Made by a program: the position numbers and the translations under genes. Positions 47,091 through 57,168 of a stretch of 64,000 nucleotides of DNA are shown here, in pieces (position 1 is the first letter of the stretch; every line of letters begins with the position of its first letter). A model generated the notes under the pieces. That model did no database searches. It was given only the letters and a program-made list of their open reading frames with translations, and had not been told where the DNA came from. Source of the stretch: an uncultured Gammaproteobacteria bacterium (GTDB taxonomy: Bacteria > Patescibacteriota > Microgenomatia > Levybacterales > GWA1-39-11); contig CAZIAP010000004.1 in the NCBI GenBank assembly GCA_964537315.1, positions 14,509 to 78,508 of the forward strand. Reading direction: 5' to 3'.

Positions 47091-49480
47091 TACTTTTGAC
47101 TTTTGATTTTTGAGTTTTGACTTTTTATACTGTGCCCTCCAAACTGGTTTCTCAGAGTACTTAATATTTTTCCAGTATAGCTTGGATTTTTTTCTGACTC
47201 TATTCTGAATTGTAATGACTCTTCAATTATCTTGGTTTTTACTTTTAATTCTCTTGCTGCTTCAATCGTCCACGCACCCTCTCCAGTGTGAGCAACTGAG
47301 CCTGAAATTTCAGAAAGATCTTCTCCATAAATTTGCAAACCATTGCGTAACCAACCGATAAGCCGTGATTCAATTACACTTCCGTGATTATATACTTCAG
47401 CAACTTTCGTCAGATCAAGATCATATTTTGACTCTTTTAAGACTGTAAAACCTTCTGCAATTGCTTGCATCATTCCATATTCGATACCGTTATGAACCAT
47501 TTTGACAAAGTGACCTGCTCCTGCACCTTCAAAATGTTCAACTCCTTCGCTTACTGCGATGTCTGTATATAACGGAAGAAGTTCTTCATAGGATTCACGT
47601 GACCCACCCACCATTAGGCAAGCTCCATTTCTAGCACCACCTGGTCCACCTGATACACCAACATCAACAAAATTAATTCTCTCTTTTTCCAGAACTTTCG
47701 CACGTTTCTGTGAGTTTTTATACAATGAGTTTCCAGCATCAATCACAGTATCTCCTTTTTCAAGATACGGCAAAATACCATCACCGCTTAAGAGAGAGTC
47801 CAGAGCGTCTCCTTCAGGCAACATAACCCAGATTATCCTTGGTCCGTCTAATTTTTGCGCTAATTCCTGCAAGGAGTATGCTCCTTTTACTCCCTGTTCT
47901 TCAAAGATTTTAGTAACTTCGCTTGTTCTGTTATATGCAACTACTTCCCAACCTTTTTCGATAAGCCTGGATGCTATATTCCCACCCATTTTTCCTAGAC
48001 CTATGATACCGATCTGTTTTTTAAATTTAGGTGCCAAAGGAATTGCATCTATATATAAAGAGTCTTCAACTGGTTCAAATGTTCGTTTTTTATAGCTTTT
48101 AAGCGGCACTAAATTTTTCTGCCAGGAAAGCCAAATAGGGTCAGTAAATCTCCACATTGCTTTTATTTCATCAGTACTTACAAATAAAAGCTGGTTGCCA
48201 TAAATACAATCAAGTAACAGTTTTTCATACTCTTCTACATACTGTACACGGTCTGTTACATCACGATAATAAAAATTCAAAACTCCGGGAGCAATTCCAC
48301 CATCAAGTCCAGGTTTCTTATTCCAGAAATGGATATTAATCGTCTCTGTCGGCTCAATCCCAATCACGATTTTATTCTGATTATGCTCACCAGGCGGACA
48401 CATACACGGCTCAGGATGCTTTAGTGTTATGACAATTTCTTTGATCTGCTCTGCCATCGATTTACCGCTTTCAAAAGTAATTGGAATATTAGAATAACGA
48501 GGATGTGTAATACTTGTTTTTATCTTAAAGTAAGTTTCGGTTTGTGATTTAGGATCTACTCCTTTTATAGACTTATATCCTTCGTACTGTGCTCTATATG
48601 TATTGTTTTTTATCTGCTCTTCGCTCATCACGGGTAGATAATTTAAAATTTCTGCCCTCTTTTTGCGAACTTGCTCAGGCGAGTTTTCTTTTGGATGTTC
48701 CATGAGAATAAGAGCCAGCATCTGAAGCAAATGATTCTGCCCCACATCCCGCAGTGCGCCTACACCATCATAAAAATCACCACGGTTCTCTACACCCATC
48801 GTTTCGTACAGCTTGAGATGAATACTTTCGATCAATTGATTATTCCATGATTGCTCAAACAGATTATTTGAAAACCTAAAGTTTAAAATATTTTGCAGCA
48901 TCTCTTTTGCCAGATAATGATCAATGCGGTATATTTGTTCTTCCTTAAAAAGCGTACCAAGCATCGTATCCAGCTCTTCTGCAGTTTTCAGGTCTTTTCC
49001 AAACGGTTTTTCAACCAGAACTCTAGTCCAACCCTCTTCAGGACTGCATGGCTCCGTAAGTCCGGAATCAGATAAGTTCTGGAAAATTGATTTATAGTAC
49101 TCTGGAGGAACTGCCAAATAGAATAGCTTATTTGCGCACACATTCCACTGCTTGTCCGCACGACCCAGTGTAACAGCGAGATCTTTATAACTTGCAAAAT
49201 CCTCAAAGTCTCCTGACTGATAAAAAATATGCTGCAAGAACTTTGGAAGATGTTCTTTATTTTCTTCAAAATCCTTCTGCTTTTTGAGTACCGTGGTGAT
49301 ATGCTGACGAAACTCTTCCTCAGTCAATTTTCGTCTAGCAAAACCATAGATTTTGATCATTTGTGGAAGCTTGCCTGCGATAAAGAGGTGAAAGAGAGCC
49401 GGGGCAATTTTTTTAGCTGTAAGATCACCAGTCGCACCAAAAATAACAAATATTGTTGGAAGATTGTGCTTGGTGTTCAC
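47090..49480 (-). CDS. zwf-gnd: bifunctional fusion: glucose-6-phosphate 1-dehydrogenase (N) + short-form 6-phosphogluconate dehydrogenase (C)
   Basis: N-terminal GATGDLT Rossmann and RIDHYLAKE G6PD active-site peptide; C-terminal IGLGKMGGNIA, GVSGGPGGARNG, HFVKMVHNGIEYG motifs of decarboxylating 6PGDH; 796 aa single ORF. Confidence 0.85.
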   Translation of the reverse strand: MNTKHNLPTIFVIFGATGDLTAKKIAPALFHLFIAGKLPQMIKIYGFARRKLTEEEFRQHITTVLKKQKDFEENKEHLPKFLQHIFYQSGDFEDFASYKDLAVTLGRADKQWNVCANKLFYLAVPPEYYKSIFQNLSDSGLTEPCSPEEGWTRVLVEKPFGKDLKTAEELDTMLGTLFKEEQIYRIDHYLAKEMLQNILNFRFSNNLFEQSWNNQLIESIHLKLYETMGVENRGDFYDGVGALRDVGQNHLLQMLALILMEHPKENSPEQVRKKRAEILNYLPVMSEEQIKNNTYRAQYEGYKSIKGVDPKSQTETYFKIKTSITHPRYSNIPITFESGKSMAEQIKEIVITLKHPEPCMCPPGEHNQNKIVIGIEPTETINIHFWNKKPGLDGGIAPGVLNFYYRDVTDRVQYVEEYEKLLLDCIYGNQLLFVSTDEIKAMWRFTDPIWLSWQKNLVPLKSYKKRTFEPVEDSLYIDAIPLAPKFKKQIGIIGLGKMGGNIASRLIEKGWEVVAYNRTSEVTKIFEEQGVKGAYSLQELAQKLDGPRIIWVMLPEGDALDSLLSGDGILPYLEKGDTVIDAGNSLYKNSQKRAKVLEKERINFVDVGVSGGPGGARNGACLMVGGSRESYEELLPLYTDIAVSEGVEHFEGAGAGHFVKMVHNGIEYGMMQAIAEGFTVLKESKYDLDLTKVAEVYNHGSVIESRLIGWLRNGLQIYGEDLSEISGSVAHTGEGAWTIEAARELKVKTKIIEESLQFRIESEKNPSYTGKILSTLRNQFGGHSIKSQNSKIKSQK

Positions 49481-49570
49481 TCACATACTATACCAAATAT
49501 GAACTTACAGGACAAGAAAGCAAACAATGTTCTATATCCTGGAATGTAAAATTCTGTCTTTACTACGAGA

Positions 49571-50011
49571 TTATTTACGAGAAGAACGAAGCGCAAGCAT
49601 ACCTGCAAGGGAGATTAATGCAAGATTTTTGATCATGTACTGTCCTTCAAGGGTAGGATTCAAGAATGACTCCCATGTCATATTAGGAAGAAGTAACACT
49701 GGCATCATAGTTGCAACCGCATGAAGCAATACAACGCCAAACATAATTTTTGAGTATTTAGGGAAAAGGATAAATAGACCAATCATCATCTCTGAAAATC
49801 CGAGAAAAAGGATAAAGTATTCGAACGGCACAAAAGGCAAAGTTTTGTCGAGTAACGCTGCAACAATTTCGTTTGCGGAGCTAATAGTAAATATCTTAGT
49901 TGCGCCAAACCAAAAGTATATAAGAAATAGTGAAAAACGCGCAAAAGGAGAAATTAATTCTGACAAATTCACATCAAACCATTTCTCGTATTTTTGAATA
50001 AATTCTCTCAT
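49571..50011 (-). CDS. small polytopic membrane protein (DoxX-like)
   Basis: 4 hydrophobic helices, 146 aa. Confidence 0.45.
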   Translation of the reverse strand: MREFIQKYEKWFDVNLSELISPFARFSLFLIYFWFGATKIFTISSANEIVAALLDKTLPFVPFEYFILFLGFSEMMIGLFILFPKYSKIMFGVVLLHAVATMMPVLLLPNMTWESFLNPTLEGQYMIKNLALISLAGMLALRSSRK

Positions 50012-50118
50012 TTTAAAAATAAAATAACTGTATCCTTGTGAATACGGACATGTCTCACCTTTTTATTTAATCAATTCTATCCAGGGCCCTGGAATATACA
50101 TTCAATTGAGAAAAAAGA

Positions 50119-50331
50119 TTACTTCTTTCCTCCCCAAACTTTGCTGTATTTATCGTAGTCAACGAGTAACCACACAGCTGAAAGTCCAACAAGTACGTAT
50201 ACTACTTGTTCAAGTACTGGGACTGATTCAAAAAGTAACTCAACGAGATTTAGTTCCATAAGACCGACAAGTCCCCAGTTCAAACCTCCGACTACTACTA
50301 AAAGGTATGCGAGCATTTTTAAAGCTTTCAT
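50119..50331 (-). CDS. DUF378-family small membrane protein
   Basis: YLLVVVGGLNWGLVGL core typical of DUF378. Confidence 0.7.
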   Translation of the reverse strand: MKALKMLAYLLVVVGGLNWGLVGLMELNLVELLFESVPVLEQVVYVLVGLSAVWLLVDYDKYSKVWGGKK

Positions 50332-50537
50332 ATATTCTCACCACCCTTCGCTCCGTAATGATTTTATAAAGGCTACCAAAACTAACTCAATCAATTCTAT
50401 TTTTTCTTCTCCGTACGGAGCTACGGAGTGGTAAGCCTCCTTAACCAAATAATCATTTTATCTGGTACTATCAGTTTAGACGGAAATATTTTCACAGTCA
50501 ATAGTCTGCTTTATTGGAAGGGTTTTCACGAAGAATA

Positions 50538-51377
50538 TTACCGAAGACTTCTTAAACGCTTTACGCGTTCTTCAACGGGAGGATGTGTAGAAAACAGACT
50601 CATCATAGAGCCTCCAAGTCCACCTAGAGGATTTCCAATATACAGAGAAGATAAAGCAGGATTCACTTTTTTAGGATTTCTGCGGGTTGAATCATGGATT
50701 GCGATCAATGCTGACGCAAGTGCGTGTCCGCTGCCAATCGCTTTTGCTCCAGACTCGTCTGCTCCATACTCTCTTTGACGCGATACTGCCATCTGGATAA
50801 TGCTTCCTGCGATTGGAACTAAAATGGCGATAAGCAGTGTCAGCATACCTCCTCCTCTATTATCATCACGGTCTCCACCCAGGCCACCAAATAGGGTCAT
50901 GTTTGCCAAAAATGACAATGAGCTTGCAAGTACTGCAGCAATCGTCGCAATTAAAATATCTCTGTTCTTAACATGGGCAAGTTCATGTGCAAGTACTCCT
51001 TTTAGTTCTTCCTTTGAAAGGACATCCAGAATTCCTTGAGTTACAGCAACTGACGCATGACCGGGTCCTCGACCAGTAGCAAATGCATTTGCCTGTCTGT
51101 CAGGTGTAATATAGAGATCAGGCATTGGAATTTGCATTTTATGAGATAGTTCCTTAACCATACTATAAACTTCAGGAGCTTGAGATTGTTTAAGAGGTTT
51201 TGCTCCGCTCATTTTCAACGCAATCTTATCAGAGAAAAAGTATGAAACACCGTTCATAAGCAACGCGAATATAAATGCAATATAAACACCTTGCTCGCCG
51301 CCGAGTAATCCTCCGACAAAAATAACCAGCACACTCAATACCCCGAGCAATGCAACTGTCTTTAACATACTTCCCAT
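50538..51377 (-). CDS. htpX: M48 zinc metalloprotease HtpX
   Basis: HELAHVKNRD HExxH, 4 TM topology, 279 aa. Confidence 0.9.
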   Translation of the reverse strand: MGSMLKTVALLGVLSVLVIFVGGLLGGEQGVYIAFIFALLMNGVSYFFSDKIALKMSGAKPLKQSQAPEVYSMVKELSHKMQIPMPDLYITPDRQANAFATGRGPGHASVAVTQGILDVLSKEELKGVLAHELAHVKNRDILIATIAAVLASSLSFLANMTLFGGLGGDRDDNRGGGMLTLLIAILVPIAGSIIQMAVSRQREYGADESGAKAIGSGHALASALIAIHDSTRRNPKKVNPALSSLYIGNPLGGLGGSMMSLFSTHPPVEERVKRLRSLR

Positions 51378-51482
51378 AAATATATTTTATCATATGTTGA
51401 CAACTACTGATAACACCCCAAGCAATTGTATGAGAGTTGTAATAAATACTTTAAAAAATGCTAATTTTGCTATACTTTTAGT

Positions 51483-53786
51483 ATGGAACATAGTAAAATA
51501 ACCGCTAGCGCGCACAAAGTAAGTATAAACTTGGCAACTAAAATTAAACAAAGCGCACAACAGAGCAAAACCAAACTTCATAAACTTCGAAGCTCTATTA
51601 AAGAAAAAGGATTCATACCAACCATGAAACAATTTATATCAGAAACCTGGCACAGTGGAAAAAAACCAATACTTTATCTAATCGGGTTGGGGATTTTAAT
51701 ACTTATCCTTACTCCAATACTCACTTACTTATATTTCGTGCGAGACATGACCAGTAAAGAAAGTATCATGACAAGAAAAAACGAAGGGGTGGTATTGCAA
51801 GATAGAACAGGAAATCCATTTTTTACACTCTATGAAGCCAAAACACAAAACCGAGTCACACTCGATCAGATTACTGAAGAGACTCAACAGGCAGTAGTGT
51901 CCATCGAAGACAAAGACTTCTATACTCATAGAGGATTTTCTATCTCAGGATTGGGACGTGCGCTAGTAGCAAATATCAGAAATGAGAGTATCACTCAAGG
52001 AGGGTCTACTATTTCTCAGCAGGTTGTAAAAAATACACTACTCAGTCAGGATAGAAGCTTTTTGAGAAAATATCAGGAGTTATTCCTTGCCTTAGAACTG
52101 GAACGTAGGTTTTCTAAGGAAGATATTTTGGAGATGTATCTTAATACATCATATTTTGGAGAAGGAGCATTCGGGATTCAAGATGCTGCGCAGACTTATT
52201 TCTCAAAAGATGCAAATGAGCTGACACTTGCAGAAAGTGCACTTATGGCGGGGATTTTACCTGCTCCGTCTGCATACTCTCCAATATCAGGCAACGCTGA
52301 GAGAGCGTATGCCCGACAAAAATTAGTCCTTCAACTTATGCAGCAGCAGGGGTATATCACAGAAGATGAACGCGCACAAGCAGAAAAGGAACAGATAACA
52401 TTTAATCCCTCTTCGACAGGAATTAACCAAACAGCGCCCCACTTTGCGCTCATGGTACAAGAAGAGTTAATAAACAAATATGGAGAACAGAGAGTCGCCC
52501 AATCAGGCTACGTCGTCAAGACCACACTTGATCGACAGGGACAAGAGTTAGCACAAAAGGCAGTAAGAGACAGAGTTGCTGCTCTACAAAGAAATGGTGT
52601 GAGTAACGGCGCTGCGGTAGTTATGGATCCTACAAATGGAGAGATTTTAGCACTTGTTGGAAGTCATAACTGGGCAGACGAAGAAAACGGAAAAATTAAT
52701 ATGGCTACTGCTGCTCGCCAACCAGGATCTTCTTTTAAACCAATTGTCTATGCAAAAGCACTAGAGGACAGACTCATTACGCCTGCAACCCAGCTAAAAG
52801 ACGAGGAAATCAGCTTTCCTGGTGGGTACAAACCAAGAAATTATGACAGAAAATTTCGCGGCGAGGTACTAGTACGCTATGCTCTGGCGAACTCACTAAA
52901 CATTCCTGCAGTACTAGTAATGGATATGGTAGGCGTTCGCGATACAATCAGTTATGCTGAACAGCTCGGAATTACAACCCTTAACTCACCTGATAGATAT
53001 GGTCTATCTCTCGTATTAGGTGCTGCCGAAGTTCCCTTGACCCAGATGACAGCATCATACGCTGTATTTGCAAACCAAGGGGTTAGAGCCACACCTACAA
53101 CAATACTTGAAGTTACTGATAAAAAAGGAAAAGTCATCTACCAACATACCTCAGAAACCCGACGAGTTATGCCGAGTTCAGTGGCATTTCAAATCTCATC
53201 CATTCTCTCTGATAATAGAGCTCGCTCAGATACGTTTGGAGGATCTCTAACAATTTCTCGTCCTGCAGCAGTTAAAACAGGAACTACCGAAGATTATCGT
53301 GACGCGCTTACCATAGGGTATACGCCTCAGATTGTCGTAGGAGCTTGGGTAGGAAATAATGATAATACGGAAATGGATAATATTGCCGGAAGCTTAGGGG
53401 CAGCTCCAATCTGGCGACAAATCATGGAGCACTTTTTGCGAGGAAAACCTGTAGTTCAGTTTACACCACCTAACGGAATCGTTCGAATGGAGGTTTGTCG
53501 AGAAAACGGACTGAGAGCAGAAGTTGCAACAGAGAGTGCATATCCCGAGTTCTTCTTGCCAGGCACTACGCCAAAAGATAGCTGTAATATACCAACTCCT
53601 ACACCTGAAGACGAGGATGAAAATGAAAATGATGAAGATAATAACGATGAGGAGAATAATGAAGATGAAAATGAAGAACCGACTCCTACACACACACCTG
53701 CTCCGACGAATACACCACAACCCACAAGCACTCCCACGCCAATAAATATTCCTATCATAAATAACTCTCCTACTCCGGTTATTTAA
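51483..53786 (+). CDS. class A penicillin-binding protein (transglycosylase + transpeptidase) with acidic/TP-rich C-terminal tail; alternative start ATG 51624
   Basis: GT51 motifs (EDKDFYTHRGF, GGSTISQQ), TPase SxxK (GSSFKP), SxN, KTGT; C-terminal DE-rich low complexity and PTPT. Confidence 0.9.
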   Translation: MEHSKITASAHKVSINLATKIKQSAQQSKTKLHKLRSSIKEKGFIPTMKQFISETWHSGKKPILYLIGLGILILILTPILTYLYFVRDMTSKESIMTRKNEGVVLQDRTGNPFFTLYEAKTQNRVTLDQITEETQQAVVSIEDKDFYTHRGFSISGLGRALVANIRNESITQGGSTISQQVVKNTLLSQDRSFLRKYQELFLALELERRFSKEDILEMYLNTSYFGEGAFGIQDAAQTYFSKDANELTLAESALMAGILPAPSAYSPISGNAERAYARQKLVLQLMQQQGYITEDERAQAEKEQITFNPSSTGINQTAPHFALMVQEELINKYGEQRVAQSGYVVKTTLDRQGQELAQKAVRDRVAALQRNGVSNGAAVVMDPTNGEILALVGSHNWADEENGKINMATAARQPGSSFKPIVYAKALEDRLITPATQLKDEEISFPGGYKPRNYDRKFRGEVLVRYALANSLNIPAVLVMDMVGVRDTISYAEQLGITTLNSPDRYGLSLVLGAAEVPLTQMTASYAVFANQGVRATPTTILEVTDKKGKVIYQHTSETRRVMPSSVAFQISSILSDNRARSDTFGGSLTISRPAAVKTGTTEDYRDALTIGYTPQIVVGAWVGNNDNTEMDNIAGSLGAAPIWRQIMEHFLRGKPVVQFTPPNGIVRMEVCRENGLRAEVATESAYPEFFLPGTTPKDSCNIPTPTPEDEDENENDEDNNDEENNEDENEEPTPTHTPAPTNTPQPTSTPTPINIPIINNSPTPVI

Positions 53787-53816
53787 TATCCTCCCTTCGC
53801 TTGATTTTCAGATCAT

Positions 53817-54245
53817 ATGAGCTATAATCAGCTCAAGATGAAAGAAAAGGAATCCACTACTCCTCCAGTTGAGACTAGACAATCACCAAAACCTAAACCG
53901 CCTCGGGATCCGATCTATCAGCTTTTTCCTGAGCATACAGATTTATTAGATAAAGCACGAGTAGTCGTAGAAAATATTGCATTAGGACAATCAACCGATG
54001 AAGAGATTGAAGAACAGTTTAATCAACTCTTTTTAGACCCTGAAGACGAAGAATTTCTTACTAATGATATGCACCCTGAACTATACCGTCTATCACCAAT
54101 GGCGTATTTGAGAAAGCGAGTGGATTATGAGATTGCAGAAGGACTAATTTCAAAATCATCTATTGAAACAGCAAAAACAGTAATGATTGAAGGAGAAGAC
54201 TTACTAATCGATGAGACTGCAAATTCACCGCTAAATAATAATTAA
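53817..54245 (+). CDS. hypothetical acidic protein
   Basis: 142-aa ORF, no motif recognised. Confidence 0.4.
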   Translation: MSYNQLKMKEKESTTPPVETRQSPKPKPPRDPIYQLFPEHTDLLDKARVVVENIALGQSTDEEIEEQFNQLFLDPEDEEFLTNDMHPELYRLSPMAYLRKRVDYEIAEGLISKSSIETAKTVMIEGEDLLIDETANSPLNNN

Positions 54246-54854
54246 TTATTTATCAATAATATAATACCTAATTTCTTCTTTATCAGGCTCCAGTAAGTTA
54301 TATAAATATGTAATATCTTCATCTGAATGTCTGATGCAGCCACTTGAGCCTTGATCCCAGTCAGCAAGCTTATCAGGATTACCTGCTGTTCCATGCAACC
54401 CAAACGCACCTGGCAGCACCCAATGACACTGCTGACCGTTACACTCATTGTACGGCACAGGACCGTATGGCTCAGTGTCAGGCGCTGGAACATCAAGAGT
54501 TATAAAATATGGAGCAGTTTCAGGATTATCTGGTTCAGGCTGCTTAGTGGTAATAACCCAGTATTCTCTACTGACTAACTCAGGTAGTGGCGTTGGACGC
54601 TCATTTGGAACTCCTGTCTTAACTCTAAAGGAGCGAATATGTTCACTTCGAGATTTATCACCCGGCACTCCTCTATACAAATTTTCGATATTGGATTTTC
54701 GCTGAAGCTCAAACCAATACGCTTCCTGCTTTTCAACTATTGATTCAGTTACATGTTTGGAAGAGGTATCAGAAGTAGAGTTTCTGATAAATAAGCTTGC
54801 TCCAATAAGCACGAGTATTAAAGCGATATTTATAGTTCGTCGACTAATTTTCAC
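54246..54854 (-). CDS. L,D-transpeptidase (YkuD domain), membrane anchored
   Basis: Catalytic HGT...SSGCIR motif; N-terminal TM. Confidence 0.8.
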   Translation of the reverse strand: MKISRRTINIALILVLIGASLFIRNSTSDTSSKHVTESIVEKQEAYWFELQRKSNIENLYRGVPGDKSRSEHIRSFRVKTGVPNERPTPLPELVSREYWVITTKQPEPDNPETAPYFITLDVPAPDTEPYGPVPYNECNGQQCHWVLPGAFGLHGTAGNPDKLADWDQGSSGCIRHSDEDITYLYNLLEPDKEEIRYYIIDK

Positions 54855-54914
54855 ACTAGCTATTGTAGCACAGAAGTCTACACCTTACACCCTAAACCTT
54901 GTATAATACGAAAC

Positions 54915-55877
54915 ATGGCAAATTTTTGGGAAAAATTGGATAAACCATTCTTAGTGCAAGCTCCTATGGAACAAGTTACTGATATGGTGGTACGACAAAT
55001 GCTTTTAAAAGCAGGTGCGCCTGATGTCTTCTTTACTGAGTTCACCAACGTAGACGGAATTTGTTCAAAAGGCAGCGAACATGTTGCAAAAAGGCTGCTT
55101 TACGGCTCAGAACAAAGGCCAATTGTTGCACAAATCTGGGGATTAAACCCTGAAAACTTTAAAAAATCTGCCGAAATTTTAGTAGAAATGGGTTTTGATG
55201 GGATCGATATTAACATGGGATGTCCTGACCGTGATGTTATCAAAAAAGGTTGCTGTGCTGCTCTTATTGATGATCCTATCCGTGCGAAAGAAATCATCGA
55301 TGCTACCAAAGAAGGCGCAAAATCTCTACCTGTAAGTGTTAAGACTAGGATTGGCATAAGATCAATTAAGACTGAAGAATGGGTTTCATTTTTATTGGAA
55401 CAAAACCTTCCTGCACTAACTATACACGGACGGACTGTATCTGAAATGTCAAAAGTTCCTGCCCACTGGGATGAGATCGGTAAGGCTGTCAAAATCCGTG
55501 ATGAGATGAAAAAAGATACGCTCATCATCGGAAACGGTGACATCCTGTCACGGGAGCAGGCTATAGATATGCACGAAAAGTATGGTGTGGACGGCATAAT
55601 GATCGGACGCGGCATTTTTTACAACTTCTGGGTATTTAATAAAAATATGAATCCTGAAAACATTACAGTTTCCCAGCGACTCTCCTACTTGGAAGAACAT
55701 ATTAAGCTTTTTGAAAAAATCTGGGGAAATAAAAAAGACTTCAATATTAGTAAAAAGTTTTACAAAGTATATATTAGCGGCTTTGATAATGCGAGTGAAA
55801 TCCGAGAACAATTAATGAAATTTAACAATGCAACCGATACCCTGCAATACTTACAGGAGTTGAAGAGTAGTTATTAG
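54915..55877 (+). CDS. dus: tRNA-dihydrouridine synthase
   Basis: QAPMEQVTD, IDINMGCP catalytic Cys, HGRT motifs. Confidence 0.9.
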   Translation: MANFWEKLDKPFLVQAPMEQVTDMVVRQMLLKAGAPDVFFTEFTNVDGICSKGSEHVAKRLLYGSEQRPIVAQIWGLNPENFKKSAEILVEMGFDGIDINMGCPDRDVIKKGCCAALIDDPIRAKEIIDATKEGAKSLPVSVKTRIGIRSIKTEEWVSFLLEQNLPALTIHGRTVSEMSKVPAHWDEIGKAVKIRDEMKKDTLIIGNGDILSREQAIDMHEKYGVDGIMIGRGIFYNFWVFNKNMNPENITVSQRLSYLEEHIKLFEKIWGNKKDFNISKKFYKVYISGFDNASEIREQLMKFNNATDTLQYLQELKSSY

Positions 55878-56016
55878 TTATTGGTTCATAGTTCATATAA
55901 TTAAATTTTGACACTATGAGCAAGACTTGTCGAGAGCTTTTGCTTCTTTTGTCGGCACAAAAGAAGTATAATAAAAAAATCATAATGATTCTAAACAAGT
56001 CAGAATTATAAAAACC

Positions 56017-56202
56017 ATGCAAAAGGAAGCATTAAACCCTATAGAACATTCCTTCGAAGAAACAGGAGACTCTTGTCCTAAATGCGGCAACACGCTTATG
56101 AGGAAACAAGAAAGCAACCGGATCATAAAGTACTGCGTCACTGAATCATTCGATGTAAAATCAGGAAAAGTTACTCCCTGCGGATTTGTAAAAACTGTTT
56201 AA
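56017..56202 (+). CDS. small zinc-ribbon protein
   Basis: CPKCG...C..C pattern; 61 aa. Confidence 0.4.
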   Translation: MQKEALNPIEHSFEETGDSCPKCGNTLMRKQESNRIIKYCVTESFDVKSGKVTPCGFVKTV

Positions 56203-57092
56203 ATAGTTACTGCATTGCGACATCCCATCGGACATAAAGATCTACCTGTATCTGGGTCAGCACAGTTCTCGCATAATATAAAATGCCGCGCACAATCATC
56301 ATCGATACAGTTGATAAGCCTCTCACTTTTTTCGTTACATTTAGTACACCTTCCTACAACTTCATGCTCTGGATCGTCAGTATTGAATCCCATAATCATC
56401 CGCTTATCAAATACATACAGCTTTCCCTTAAAATCCAGGTTAGGATACTTTTCCATATAGGAGACAATGCCTCCTTTAAGTTGGTACACATCTGTAAATC
56501 CCTGTGTTAGTAAGAATCCGGAAGCTTTTTCGCAACGTACCCCACCCGTACACACAGTTAAAACTTTTTTATCTTTGAGATGCTCTATATTTGGCAACAT
56601 GCCGGGTAAATCACGGAAGAATTCCATACCGGGAAAAATTGAGTTTTCAAACCTTCCCACTGCATATTCAAAATCATTGCGCATGTCGATAATGTAAAAC
56701 TCCTGCTTGTTTGGTCCATGAATCCATTCATATAATTCTTCTGGAGCTAGATATTTACCTGTCGTAACTCGAGGATCCACGTCCCGCTCTTTTAAGTGAG
56801 TGCTTACTATCTCGTCTCTCACACGAATCCTAAGCTTTTTAAACGCATCGCCAATCCCATCACTTTTTTTCCAGTGAATATCTGCAAATCTTGAATCTTT
56901 TGTCATCTCTGCAATATATTTATTGATATTTTCTGTAGTACCCTCTACCGTTCCGTTAATCCCTTCCTTTGCTACGATAATTCTACCCTTTAAACCAAGC
57001 TTCTCGCATAGCCTTCGCTGAGACTTCATAAGCCTTACAGGATAATCAATAGGTACATATTTGTAATACAAAAGTATCGTGTACATACGCAT
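56199..57092 (-). CDS. trhO: rhodanese-domain tRNA uridine(34) hydroxylase TrhO (YceA/UPF0176)
   Basis: Rhodanese active-site CTGGVRCEKA and Cys-rich C-terminus CTKC...C..C typical of YceA. Confidence 0.85.
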   Translation of the reverse strand: MRMYTILLYYKYVPIDYPVRLMKSQRRLCEKLGLKGRIIVAKEGINGTVEGTTENINKYIAEMTKDSRFADIHWKKSDGIGDAFKKLRIRVRDEIVSTHLKERDVDPRVTTGKYLAPEELYEWIHGPNKQEFYIIDMRNDFEYAVGRFENSIFPGMEFFRDLPGMLPNIEHLKDKKVLTVCTGGVRCEKASGFLLTQGFTDVYQLKGGIVSYMEKYPNLDFKGKLYVFDKRMIMGFNTDDPEHEVVGRCTKCNEKSERLINCIDDDCARHFILCENCADPDTGRSLCPMGCRNAVTI

Positions 57093-57110
57093 GTATTATA
57101 CTAAACCTTT

Positions 57111-57145
57111 CTTTAAAGAAAAACCCTCGTACATATGTACGAGGG
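57111..57145 (-). terminator. rho-independent terminator of 57169..57822
   Basis: CCCTCGTAC-ATAT-GTACGAGGG perfect 9-bp stem followed on minus strand by TTTTTCTTT. Confidence 0.65.
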
Positions 57146-57168
57146 TTAATCGTTACCATAACCAGGAA

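Noticed and set aside
50408-50427. Inverted repeat CTCCGTA-CGGAGC-TACGGAG downstream of htpX
   Set aside because: No T-tract on the transcribed (minus) strand after the stem; cannot support a terminator call, and it is too short to call anything else.
53394-53758. Two overlapping minus-strand ORFs (108 and 100 aa) rich in I/F or G/V repeats
   Set aside because: They lie antisense to the low-complexity acidic/Pro-Thr tail of the PBP gene; repetitive codons create open frames on the opposite strand; no independent signals.
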